Positions 48,166 through 59,245 of a stretch of DNA of 64,000 nucleotides are shown piece by piece (the stretch's first letter is position 1; each line of letters begins with the position of its first letter). The translations under genes and the position numbers were made by a program. The DNA is from Amoebophrya sp. A120 (lineage: Eukaryota > Protista > Dinoflagellata), in contig CAJINV010000007.1 in the NCBI GenBank assembly GCA_905178155.1, positions 4,584,917-4,648,916 of the forward strand, given 5' to 3'. Below the pieces are notes generated by a model. It saw nothing but the letters and a program-made list of their open reading frames with translations, searched no databases and had not been told where the DNA came from.

Positions 48166-51163
48166 CGCTGTCAACTACTTCCTCTGAATTCTCATCTCTT
48201 GCTGTCGGAAAAATCGTCGAGGCTTCTCCCGGAGAGAGATCGGTCTCCGAAGGCGCAACGGGACGATCGGGATCGAATACGGGGGCCGGCGGACCACGCG
48301 GCTCTGTTATTGAGTTATACGGCTCAAAAGCGTCTGGGTCTGCTCCTACAATACTTTTTGCTGTTCTACTAGCAGACAGCTTGTTCAACATCCTCCTTGT
48401 CAGCACCTTGCCCCAATCCCTACCCACCGCCCTGCCATCGTAGTAATCGTGGTGCTCCAGCCGGCTTTTCCTTTTTTTCGCTTTCTCCTCGTCAAACGAA
48501 AACGCTATTCCTGACCCTATCCATCCCATCGCCGCTTCCCGGTCCGCGTACTGCGCTTCCAGATCCAGTTTCTTTCGCAGTCTCGCGCCCTTCTTTTCCT
48601 CGTTGTGCGCGGCGCGGTACTCCCGTGGAAGAAAAATCTCGTGATCGAGAAGGGAGTAGAGGGAAGATCTGTCGGCGATTTCAATTTGCGACGTTTGTTC
48701 ATGATCGAGGTCCGGATTTTTATCTTCTTCTGCAGTAGCAGCGGAACTACTCTTTAACATCGCTAGCCAAGGTGCTCGGTTCTCGCGCACGTGCGCTGCG
48801 AGCGGACCGTACACCGTGAGATTTTCTCTGCCGCCGGAAAACTCGTCCACGCGGTACAAATCGTCGAGCTCAGAGTCTGACGCAGTCGTTGTGGTCGTGT
48901 GTTTCTGCCCGGTAAGAACCGCAGATTGCAGCGCGGTTTGGTTTTCTTGTTCTCCTCCTTCACCTGCCCCCGGCCTTTTGCGTGCTGTCGTGCTTCTTTC
49001 GCCAGCATCATGATCATCGTCACTATACTCCAGCCCTCTCGTGCTGAAGGACCAGAGGTCGAACTGTGGGATCTCGTAATCCACTAGGATCCGATTGTGA
49101 AACAATTTATTCATGGTCAATAGCTGCTCCAGGTAATTCAATTCCTGCTTCGTCGGCCCCGGCTTCGTGTTTAGATCCGTCATGGCGAGCACTGCGAATA
49201 ATTCCTGCACACAGTACTGCCAAGCGAAATTGCCAAAGACCACGAAGGAGGACTTACCGGTTTTTACTTGTTCTTCTTGCGAAGATTGCGCCGATGTTGC
49301 AGTGCTCTTGTCATTCCTCGCTCGCGCCGCAGCCGCTTCGTTCACCTCCGGGTCCGTGTGCTCCGTTTCGCTGCTGGTTCGCGGACAGCTCAGCCGCTCC
49401 TTCGCCAGGGCGTAGTCAGGAGCGTAGGGGTGGTTCTCATTCAGGTAGACGCACACCATGGAAAAGTGCCCCGCGCGCCGCATCACAAAGTCGTTCACTT
49501 GCTCGAAAGGAACTAGATCCCGGTCCTCCGCGTCTACATTGTCACTGACGCCGAGCTCTTGGAGACTGTGTAGTTATTGAACATTCGAAGAATTTATTTC
49601 TCATGTTGACTTGTTATCCGATTGATTCTTAACGGTATGCATGGTGCTGCTGCTGACGCTACTTATTGGTTATTTCAGTTGATGATGTGCATTTTCATTT
49701 ATTTGTTCTGCATGTGAAGCAATCTTTTATTTTTCATGCACAACTTCACTGCTAACACACAAGGACAACTCGTCGCAAGAAGCAAATTATACACCGTGTC
49801 CTTGGTTTCGAAAACCACCACATGGTGCTCGCATGCGGGTGGTGTGCCTGAAATCCCTGACTCGCGACGCGCTTCTGGCTCGACGTGAACTTTTCTCGCC
49901 CGTCGCTGTCGTATCAAAAGGAAAAATCCCCCCTCCCCATAACGAAAACGAAATTTTTGATGCTGTATTTGAGTACACGAAGTCGACTTGTAATGCCAGA
50001 AGGCCAAAAGCCGCAGCTGTGGCCTCGTTTGCAGGCAATTTGTCATGCTGTTTCCCCCTTCCAGTTGCTCTCTGTCATGCTGAAGGCGCAAGGCTTTCCC
50101 ACGCCAGCCAGCATTACACTCCGCACGTCTTTCCTTCTAGCATGACAAAGCTGATTTGTGACCACAAATCTGCATCACAGATTTACGTTTTGATATGGGG
50201 AGGGGGGATTTTTCTTCTTGATATGTCGCACCACTTGAGCTGCGGCGCGATCCGGTAGTGCGACACGAGCAGCCCGCGACAGTGCTCCAACGCGAACATG
50301 CGGCGGATGCGAAAGCCGTTTTGCGCGACCGTCGTGACGACCTGTCCGTCGACGGTGTCTGTGATGGTCTTCGTCGGGGGTAGCGTCGTTTCCGTCGACC
50401 ATTCCGTTTTTGGGTAGAAGCTGCCCGCGCGGAGCTTCCTGTCCCTCTCCACATCCGTCATGAACAGGTGCGTCGCCTCGTTGACGTCTTGACAAGGTCC
50501 CATGGTCGCCAGCATCTTGTTTAGCGTGCTGTTCAGCGAAAGAGCGAACTCGATTTCTGGGTCTTCAACCTCTGACGCTGCTTCGTCTTCTTGTCCTGCT
50601 TCCGGTGGTGGACTTGCAGTTGTCGGCCCACCGGACGAACTTCCAGCCCGTCCACCTACACCTTCTGTTGCTTGCTTCAGCTCCAAAATTTCCCTACCCG
50701 GAACGTGCGAGTTGTCGGGTTGCTTCACGACCACTGGAGCAGAAGTAGACTCTGATGCTGATACTACATCACTGGTAGAAGTACCGCCCGCGGCCTGACT
50801 CGCCTCGCTCCTCGAAGATGTCGTCCCTGGTGTCGTTGTGGCGCTCAGATTTTCCGCGGTAGTACTGGAAAGAAAATTCACGCCAATACAGTCCCCCGGC
50901 TTGATCGGCTTCATCACCTTCACAAACATCCAGCCGGGCCACGAATACTGCGGTGGCGTGACTTGCTTCTCCTCCATCAGGGATGAGGAGTCGTGGAAAT
51001 TGAGGAAGATGAGCGAAAACAATGCGCGGGTGAAAAACCGGATCTGCAGTGACTCCACAAATTGGTTCGCGTGCCCGTAGTAGCAAAAATCCTTACTCCA
51101 AATGGTCAATCCGTCCCCGGCAAGGGAGGAGGAACCCACCAGGGTCTGCTCGACACGGGGCAT
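48166..51163 (-). pseudogene. 3'-truncated duplicate of glycosyltransferase paralog 2 (lacks the C-terminal CgeB-like domain)
   Basis: Same exons as 39298-42289 but ends in the fused introner. Confidence 0.8.
49912..50223. mobile_element. Introner family C (duplicate of 41038-41349)
   Basis: Same TIRs and TGTCG direct repeat. Confidence 0.92.
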
Positions 51164-51692
51164 GGTGCTGGGTAATGCACGGACAGAGCTTTAGCTCACT
51201 GCTAGCGAACCATAAAATTTTGCGACATAAAGACTCAACGGAATCGGTGGAGACAACTCAGTTTCCGTTTATTAACAGACCGAAACTAATAGAAACTGGT
51301 GCATAGATATAGACTTCACTTTACGGATAACTGCAGCATACCCATACTTTAAACTTACACAGCAGTGGGGAAAATTCCTGATGAATGCGACCTTTACTCT
51401 TCGGGATCAAAAAAATACCACGGGAAACGATCTTCTTCATCGCACGACCAACACAAGGATACGATTTTGATTTACACCGATGACACGGCATTATTCGAGA
51501 GCAGCACGCACTTGAACAAGACGTGGCACGGGAACGAGGGAGGGTCGAATAGCGCCCGGCAGTGATAAAAATACCGTGCCACCACGTTGTGCGTGTCCTT
51601 TTCAAAAACAGTGCCAATATGCAGCAGCTCCTATACGTGACTTGCTGAAGCGAGCACCGCGGTGCTAAAAAAATGCAATACGTGTATCATTG

Positions 51693-52589
51693 TCAGTATA
51701 TCACCAGAAAAACGTGATTTGCGACCACATACGCCACGAAAAAGAGTGTTGGCTCCCAGAAGCACTTGTGCCATTCAAACTTGTCTTCCTTCATGATTTT
51801 AAACCTCAATCGCAATCGCAGAAACGACCCCCACCGGCCTATGAACTGCAGAAAGATCGCCAGCACGATCGCGTCGGTCTGCATCTGGATGAGGCCGTAA
51901 TTCGACACGTACACTTTTTCGGCCGTGATCATCTCCCGCCAAAAGGCGATTTTGATCAAGAAGCCCTGAAGCACGTAGGGCCAAAAGATCTTCTGCTTGT
52001 TCAGGACCTTTTTCGCGTCCAGCGTGCCGATCGGGTGCAGCAGCCAGATGTGCGCGAACAGCAGGGCGGTGGCGGGTAAGCTGGTACTGTTGCTGGTCAC
52101 CGTCGCGGACAGCGGTATGATTTTCCCCGCGGCCGCCAAGTGGTTGCTCGCCCAGTCCGCGGCGATGCATCCGACGACCGGCCCGAAGTGGTGGAGGTAG
52201 AAAAAAATGGAGAAAAGTTTATCCCGGAACGGGAGGTCCCACGGTTCGACGGCGAAGTTGAAGGCGAAGGGGACGACCATGAAACTGGCGTATTCGGCTA
52301 AGTAGAGGTCTTTCGGACAGCTGGCGAGGTAGACGCAGAGGCCGACGATGACGGGGTGGAGGTTGAACTGGAACTTCCAGAACACATTCTTCACGATCGC
52401 GTTCCGCCATGCTAGCTTTTTCCGGAGGATAAAGCGCCCGGTGAATGTGAACAAGAGGGAGAGAAACAAGGGCGGGAGAAGCTTCAGAAATCCGTCATTC
52501 TGCTTGATAGCGCTGGTGCTGGCTGCTTGTTGCCCTTGCAATAGAATACTATCGACATCTCCCCACGCTGTGGTCTCTCTCTGTAACAT
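51693..52589 (-). CDS. Multi-pass membrane protein (TLC-like), copy 2
   Basis: A few amino-acid differences from 42819..43715; frame intact. Confidence 0.65.
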   Translation of the reverse strand: MLQRETTAWGDVDSILLQGQQAASTSAIKQNDGFLKLLPPLFLSLLFTFTGRFILRKKLAWRNAIVKNVFWKFQFNLHPVIVGLCVYLASCPKDLYLAEYASFMVVPFAFNFAVEPWDLPFRDKLFSIFFYLHHFGPVVGCIAADWASNHLAAAGKIIPLSATVTSNSTSLPATALLFAHIWLLHPIGTLDAKKVLNKQKIFWPYVLQGFLIKIAFWREMITAEKVYVSNYGLIQMQTDAIVLAIFLQFIGRWGSFLRLRLRFKIMKEDKFEWHKCFWEPTLFFVAYVVANHVFLVIY

Positions 52590-53608
52590 AATTTTAGTTG
52601 TATATTTCTGGAGGACCCGTTTTCGTACAATAACGCTTCGACTTGTAAGCAAATACAGGCCCAGCTCTCAACGTCATCTTCTCGCCTAGCTGAGATACTA
52701 TGGAAGATGATGACCGCTAGTACATTTCGTTCGCAATTTATTTTCCGTACCTACAATTTTACGTTTCTTCGACATCGACAAGAAGTGCGTCTTCAGTAGT
52801 TTGGGAAAATACGAGGATGGTCTGTGACGCCAGCTCTCTCAGTAGCTGCGGCTCTCTCCACTCTTTCTCTTCTCCGAGCTCTGTAAGGAAACCGTGTTCC
52901 TCAATAGTCGGCTTGTCTCCGCGCTAGCGACACGAGAAGCCACCCCCAAACAACGAACTGGGTGCTTTGCAACAGGAGCATCAACCTAACGAGTGATGCC
53001 CAGAAACCCAAATGTTCAAATCCTCCCGGTGACGCGAAATAACGACAACGAGCAAACGAATGATAAAAAAGAGAATACAAGTACAACCCCTTGCGCCGAA
53101 GTCTCGACATATTTCAGAGAGCGCGAACAAGGTGGAAAGCAAACTCCAGACTTGCGGTTGGTAAGTACTAAGTAGTAATCGGAGCTGCCCGTGCAACAGT
53201 GAGGCTGCATCGACAATATTCTAATCTTTCCCTTCGGAAGCTTAAGTAAGCAAGGGATTTTTGTACACAGGTGTTGGTCGTTGTCGTGATGCGTTTTGTG
53301 GGTCCTACGCATCTTACACTCTACTTGTAGTTGTACTTTCATATCTGAAACACGATAATTAACACACACAGCAAATTTTCGAACTAGTATCATCTCAACA
53401 AGCATTGTTGAATGACGCACACAAGAACTCTTGCGCGACACATTCTGGTAGTCATTACCAACTACACCAACCAACGTCTCATGACGTGTATAACGATGAG
53501 GATAAGCATTATGATCAGGATTAGTTTTTGCAGTTCTTTATTAGGTTTCTGTCACTTTCTATTTGATTTTCTCCTCCTAGAGGTGTTCCGCCCAAGCAAC
53601 ACTTTGCT

Positions 53609-55363
53609 TCACAACCTGGCGTGCAACGCCAACTCGCCGGCCAGCTCCATACTGACTGCGACCACGATACCAACCCCGAACATGGAACACACCGCCCCGA
53701 TCGCTATGCATGGAAAATTGTCCCTACTACACGGACACGACGAGGACCCTACATGACGTTGGTAAGCACAAGCGCATTCCGGCTTTTGCTTTTCTGCAAA
53801 TTTGATCAATCTACTTATTTAGTGTGGCGTTCATAGGGCATTCCTGCTTTCTATCAAGTATCGTCATCTAGGTTCGGTTGTCGAAATTCGTGCTGCATAC
53901 CGCACGGTAATGCATTCGTTTCCGTGTAAAACGGTAAAAGAACCCTAAAAACACAATGTCTTTTCCATACTCGCCCACAAGTTGAGCAGCGGCATGCCGG
54001 CAATCCCGTGCCCGCTAGTGCACCCGCCGCCGAGCCTGGATCCGAAGAGCATCAGGGTCCCACCTAGAAAAGCGCTTATTTCAGACTGCACGTACGGCGC
54101 GCCGCTGGGAAGGTTGTCCGCGAGCCTGGCCGAACAGTAGGCGCCAAAAACAGACATCATCAGATACGGAACTTGCCAGTACCACCCGAGGAGTTGAAAC
54201 TTTTCAAACGGTTTCAGCTTCTGTGGAAACTTGGCGGGAATCAACTGATCCATGAGCGCCAGCTGGGCGTAGGCGGTAGAGGAGCCGATGGGCCGGGCGG
54301 CGATGAAGACGGAACCCAAATTGACTAACCCAATCCCCAAACCACACAGCGACGGCGGCCACGCGTGGTCCTTCCAGTCATCGTTCTTTCCGTGGTTGTG
54401 CAGCTCATCCTTAAACGGCAACAAGATTTCGCAGACGAGACAGAAAAGCGCTGAAAATAACCCGAATGCGATCATGGCGGTATTGAAGGGAATCCCGAAT
54501 CGGAGGTCTGCGTACTGGGACTGCATCGTTGGGGTAGAAGCGGAAGTAGTAGCTGCGGAGAAATTTTTGGTTTGTAACTTGCTCTCCGCAGATGGAGGAT
54601 CACGAGAAGTTCCTTGCAAGTCCTCTTCTTTCGTCGATGCTGTCGGCGCAACTGCACCAAGATTGCTCGATGTCGCGGGGCTTTTACTTCCAGAATTGTC
54701 GACATAGTACTGCGTTGTGCTACCGCCAAGCGCACTGTCGCAAGCTCCACTGTGGGCGCAGCTGCTATTATTTCTCCCACGACCTTCCACCGCTTTCAGC
54801 ACATTTGCGAGAAAGGCGCCGAAAAACCCGCCGAGCAGCGTGATCCACGCATTCCCCACCCCGGTCCCTACTTGCGGCAACACCATGCCCGGGCAGGCGC
54901 CGCCGACGACCATCCCGGCGCCCAGAATGCCGCCGCCAAGCAGCACTCGTGTCGCAGAGCTCGAGGTGATCAACCGCGATTCGCGCACCGCTTGCATCCT
55001 CTCTCTGTCGATCTTGTTCCAGATGAAGAACGAGATGCAGGCGCCCACCACCGCGCCCATGAACATTTTCAGCATGATCATGGTCTTGAAAATGAACTGC
55101 TCGCGGATTACCAGGGGCTCGTACACGTGCGAGCGTTCGAAGAAAAAACCAAAGGCGAAGCCCATGACGAGGAGCAGAACAAAATCCCGCACTGCGACGA
55201 GGGGGCTCGGAGCTGGGGGTGGGATTTTCGTGATTCGCTCTTCCGGGGCGGGTGCCTTGGAATCCATCTCGGAGGTGTTGCTCTTCATCTCCGCAGTTGT
55301 CGCCATTTTTGGACTTTCTATCTTTTCTGCTTGTACTACGCGAGGTCGCAAAGTTGTGGACAT
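53609..55363 (-). CDS. YeeE/YedE sulfur transporter family protein, copy 2 (one GT-AG intron near the 3' end)
   Basis: Same GACPG and GGCTSGHG motifs; the last exon lies within ORF 53609..53809. Confidence 0.85.
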
Positions 55364-56143
55364 TGATTCTGTTTAGTGTGTCAATTGAAATTGTCGTGAT
55401 GCGAAAAAACCCTATTATTTCTAGAAAAGATGAGGCCAGGAGATTGGTTCTTCCGGGTGATTATACTACAGGTACTTGACGTAGCAATTGTTGGACATGA
55501 TGAACATACACAACTACACGCACTTTGGCTTACCGTTTTGATTCGCAACAAATAATCACATGGATCTTATTTACAGTGTCAGCCCTGAGACGTGGTGGTG
55601 GTAAGAATCCATATATACAACTAGGGGCATTTCAATTTTTGGGTAAGTCTCATAGTACTCATGTAGTGCCTGATGGGGCAACAACGAGACCTGTTTTTAA
55701 GACGATGCAATTCGTTGCTTTTTCGCTTTTTCAAGACGAGGAATCAAACACGATGGTGACTATTCAACGACTTTTCCCTGTGCTGGGGGTGGAGTACTGG
55801 AGCCCTTCCACCGAGAAGTCAAAACGCGTCTAATTATCACGATGTATGTTCCGAAATTATGCACCCCCGTGGCTTAGGCTTACAATGCGGGGATTTAGAA
55901 AATACTACTTAAGTAGTCCTGACTGTGAACACAAAGGTGCGTAAACACTTGGATCTGCTCTTTGCGCTTTTTTGACTCCTTTGCGGCCCCGCGTGATTCG
56001 TCCAGCTCAAATAATCAAAGACAATCTCGGTTTGACAGACAACATCTTCATCACTGTTGTACAAATTTTGCATGTAGTACTACTAGGACTAGCAGACCTT
56101 TGGCACTTGTTTTGCACAAGTAATAAGCGGTCTTGTTTCTGCA

Positions 56144-58150
56144 TTACTGTAACAACACAACAATCAAAGCTAGATCAGCAGTGCAAACTCTACTACTTTT
56201 CTTAATACATCTCTCCCTTGCTAGACTCAGCAACTTTGCCGCAATCTGCTCTGAGTGGTTCTGGTGATGGTCGCGCGCAACCACATTTTGATTTTGCAGC
56301 AACTCAACATCTCGGTTATTTCCACAATCGACGTCGTGATGAAGGTCGTGCAGCTGTTGGTCCCCAGCAGTAGCTTCTCCGAGACGATTCTCTGTAGTAT
56401 CGTTTGCAACTACTTTTTCTCCGTCACACGTGACGACAGAATCAACTATTTGCAAAACTTCCGTAGATCGCAAAGCGCCCCAGAGGTGCTTGGTGCCAAG
56501 CATTGCGAACTTCAACGTCTTGGCGTTTGCGCATGATGCGCCTCCAACTTCCGTAGAAGATTTTTTGTTCACGGTTTGCTTCCCAACTTTGGGTGTCAAA
56601 ACCTCAACAACCACATAGGTGACCGTGAGGATCTCCGGCTCGGCGATTACACCCAATTGACTTCCCGTGGTCCCGCCAAAACACCTGGTCAACCGCATCC
56701 CGGGGGCTCGAACTGCGTTGGAAATTTCCAAACGACGTTGACGAAGATGAGAAGCAACTGGTCCGTTGCTTGTGTCTGCAGCTGTCCCGTTGCCTTTATG
56801 ACCTCCGTGAAGAACACCCGCTAGATGTAAGCTTTGCTCCTCGTGCAATCGCTGGATGCGCAGCCGTTCCGCGGGATGTTTGTGCAACGAGTGTTCCCTC
56901 GTGATAATTGCCAAGTGGTACTTCTCAAAGAATTTTTCAGGGTCGACGCGGTCTGCTTTATTCTCGTCCTCGTCATATGTCATGCGCGCATCAACGGGGG
57001 TCTGCTGCGACAGACAAGTCGTCTCGTGCGACATTTCAACATCATCAGAATGCTCATCGGTTCGGGCTTCATCAAAACTGCGAGCTGTCGCTTTGTCAGC
57101 AGGATCATCATGCACAGCACCAGTGCCCACACTGCAATACCCCAACACAGATCCCGTGTCCCCGACATGGGCGCAGTGCACCACATTCGTGTCCAACACC
57201 TTGGAGTTGCCGATTACCACACAGTCGCAGCTGCACCCGGAAAACTGCAGGTCGACGGCACCAGATCGGGACTGCAAATCCGCGTTGCACTGCGCAAACA
57301 GCTTCTGGAGAAACTTCTGGACCCGGTGGATAGTCTTCTTCGACGGCTTTGCAGAGCACGTGTCGGCTTTTGTTCTGTCTCCGAACACTGGTGGTGATTT
57401 CATCTCTCGGCCACCTTCAGGACCAGAAGAACCTGATGCATGGGGCCTCGCGGCGGCCACACTGGATACGGTTCTCGGTGGGGACGGAGACGAGGAGGGA
57501 CTTCTAGCCAGTGTAGAAACTCCTCCTCCGCCGCCAGTCGCAGCGGCGTTTGCTGAAGCCGCAACGCCGCGAAACAGCATTCTCGCGAACTCGGAACATT
57601 CGTACTCGCCGGTCGCGAGCAACGCCGTGTGGTGTCGCACGAGCTGTGAGATCCGCTGACTGAACCTTTTCGCGAGAAACTCCGCGACCTGCTTACCATA
57701 GGTCCCCAACCCGCTGAACAGGCAGAACACGTGCGCCAAATTACCGATTCTGACCGTGAGAAAACTGGTCCGGGAGGTGGCCGGCGACCCAATTTTGCAG
57801 CAAAAGGACGAAATGTTCCAAGAGGCAGTGGTGTCTGAAGCTGGTAGCATTTTCGCTGCGGAGTGATGTTGGGAAGCGAGCGGACGGTGGTCATCGGCCG
57901 CTTCACTATACGCAAATGACACTGCGCTGCTTTTCTCGCTGTTCTTCCAGATGCGTAACTTTGGCTCGTCGAGAAAAACATCCCGAACCACCGCGCTCTT
58001 TCCACCGGGCCGCAGCTTCATGCTCTTTTTGATGCCAGTCGGAGGTGAGAAAAACCCAGAGCCGGACGATGTCGGAGGTTGAAGCTTGCGAGGCTGCTGG
58101 ACTCGCGATTTCTTCGGAGACGGACTGCTGCTGAGCAACATCGTGATCAA
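56144..58150 (-). CDS. PP2C/PPM-fold protein with degenerate metal-binding motifs (probable pseudophosphatase)
   Basis: PP2C motifs in the expected order: FCLFSGLG, SGCSC, AHVGDTGSVL, REHS...ERLRI, LTRCFGG, VIAEPEI, MLGTKHLW, ADLALIVV. Confidence 0.8.
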   Translation of the reverse strand: MITMLLSSSPSPKKSRVQQPRKLQPPTSSGSGFFSPPTGIKKSMKLRPGGKSAVVRDVFLDEPKLRIWKNSEKSSAVSFAYSEAADDHRPLASQHHSAAKMLPASDTTASWNISSFCCKIGSPATSRTSFLTVRIGNLAHVFCLFSGLGTYGKQVAEFLAKRFSQRISQLVRHHTALLATGEYECSEFARMLFRGVAASANAAATGGGGGVSTLARSPSSSPSPPRTVSSVAAARPHASGSSGPEGGREMKSPPVFGDRTKADTCSAKPSKKTIHRVQKFLQKLFAQCNADLQSRSGAVDLQFSGCSCDCVVIGNSKVLDTNVVHCAHVGDTGSVLGYCSVGTGAVHDDPADKATARSFDEARTDEHSDDVEMSHETTCLSQQTPVDARMTYDEDENKADRVDPEKFFEKYHLAIITREHSLHKHPAERLRIQRLHEEQSLHLAGVLHGGHKGNGTAADTSNGPVASHLRQRRLEISNAVRAPGMRLTRCFGGTTGSQLGVIAEPEILTVTYVVVEVLTPKVGKQTVNKKSSTEVGGASCANAKTLKFAMLGTKHLWGALRSTEVLQIVDSVVTCDGEKVVANDTTENRLGEATAGDQQLHDLHHDVDCGNNRDVELLQNQNVVARDHHQNHSEQIAAKLLSLARERCIKKSSRVCTADLALIVVLLQ

Positions 58151-59245
58151 GGTTGATTATGAGTGCACCAAAGTGTTTTTTTGCGATTGGCAACCTTTCA
58201 AGGCTCACCACTCGTATGCTTTGATCACGTCGCTCCTGTCTGCTTCGAGGAATGCTACGAAAACCCGGATCATTTCAAATTCTGTCAAGCCAGCAAGTGA
58301 GAAGCTGCTGAGAGCGGCTCTTTCTTTTGGCAGTGTCGGACCCGTCTCGTTTGCACGTCTTCCCGCAATCGGTATGGATCGTCGAAGCTCAACAACGGAG
58401 TTGCGTGGACTTCTGTGCAAATCTATGCTTATTCGAACACGAATGAGTACCGTCCATGCGCCCAAAGCTGTAATCGGTTTCCACAGACACTGCGCAAAAA
58501 CAAGGCAGCGCCCAAAATTTGAAATGACACCAGTACTTTTTTCAAAGCTTCACAAGTTTTTTTCTTAAGAACAAGAGTAGCCCTTGTCGCCCGGCATAAA
58601 CTCCTTAGGTTTACAACACAAGACGACTCTACTCAAATCCGGTAAAAATCGGCGTAGCACTTTTTGTACTCGTTCCTCTTTCCCAAACAAAAATCATCAC
58701 ACCAGATTTTTACGACCGATTGTTCATTATCACGACCTCCTTTCCAACTTTTTTCCGCGCTTGAGTCAGAAGGTCTCTCTGCCTGTGTGTCGAGTTAACG
58801 TTACAAAAAATTTTAGCAAGTCGCATACGCAACTTCTTAAAATATGCGGCTGAGCCGAGGACTCGCCGCATGTTGCGGGTGTGCAAGGAGCGCTGCTGCG
58901 ATCTAAATGCTAAAATTCTAATTCAATCGGCAAACGAAGTTTGTTTGTGAAAGAGTTTTACTTTTTACGTACGAAAATGACTGTACTAGGCTGTAATCGG
59001 AGAAATCAAATAGCACAAAGAAGAATGTATGAACGTAGAAGAATTTGTTCTCGAATAAGGATTAGGCTCCTAAAAAAATTGTGAATCCTCTGCCACGGCT
59101 CCCCGAAACCAAATTGGTCCGCAAAGCTAGGCAAATACTGGACAACAAATACGTAGAAGTTGAAAATGTAGGTGAATCCTAAAAAAATCTTCACAAGGTC
59201 ATAACACCAGAGGTCATTCTCTACAACAACTTCAGCCTCAAACAC

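Larger units (their letters stand above)
48166..56485. repeat. Tandem segmental duplication, copy 2
   Basis: Colinear with 39298-47749. Confidence 0.95.

Noticed and set aside
47251-51163. In-frame glycosyltransferase-PP2C fusion gene created by removing the fused introner
   Set aside because: Phases differ. Applying the element+5-nt rule gives ...DS-GARCDLRKFCK-stop, out of frame with the PP2C tail.
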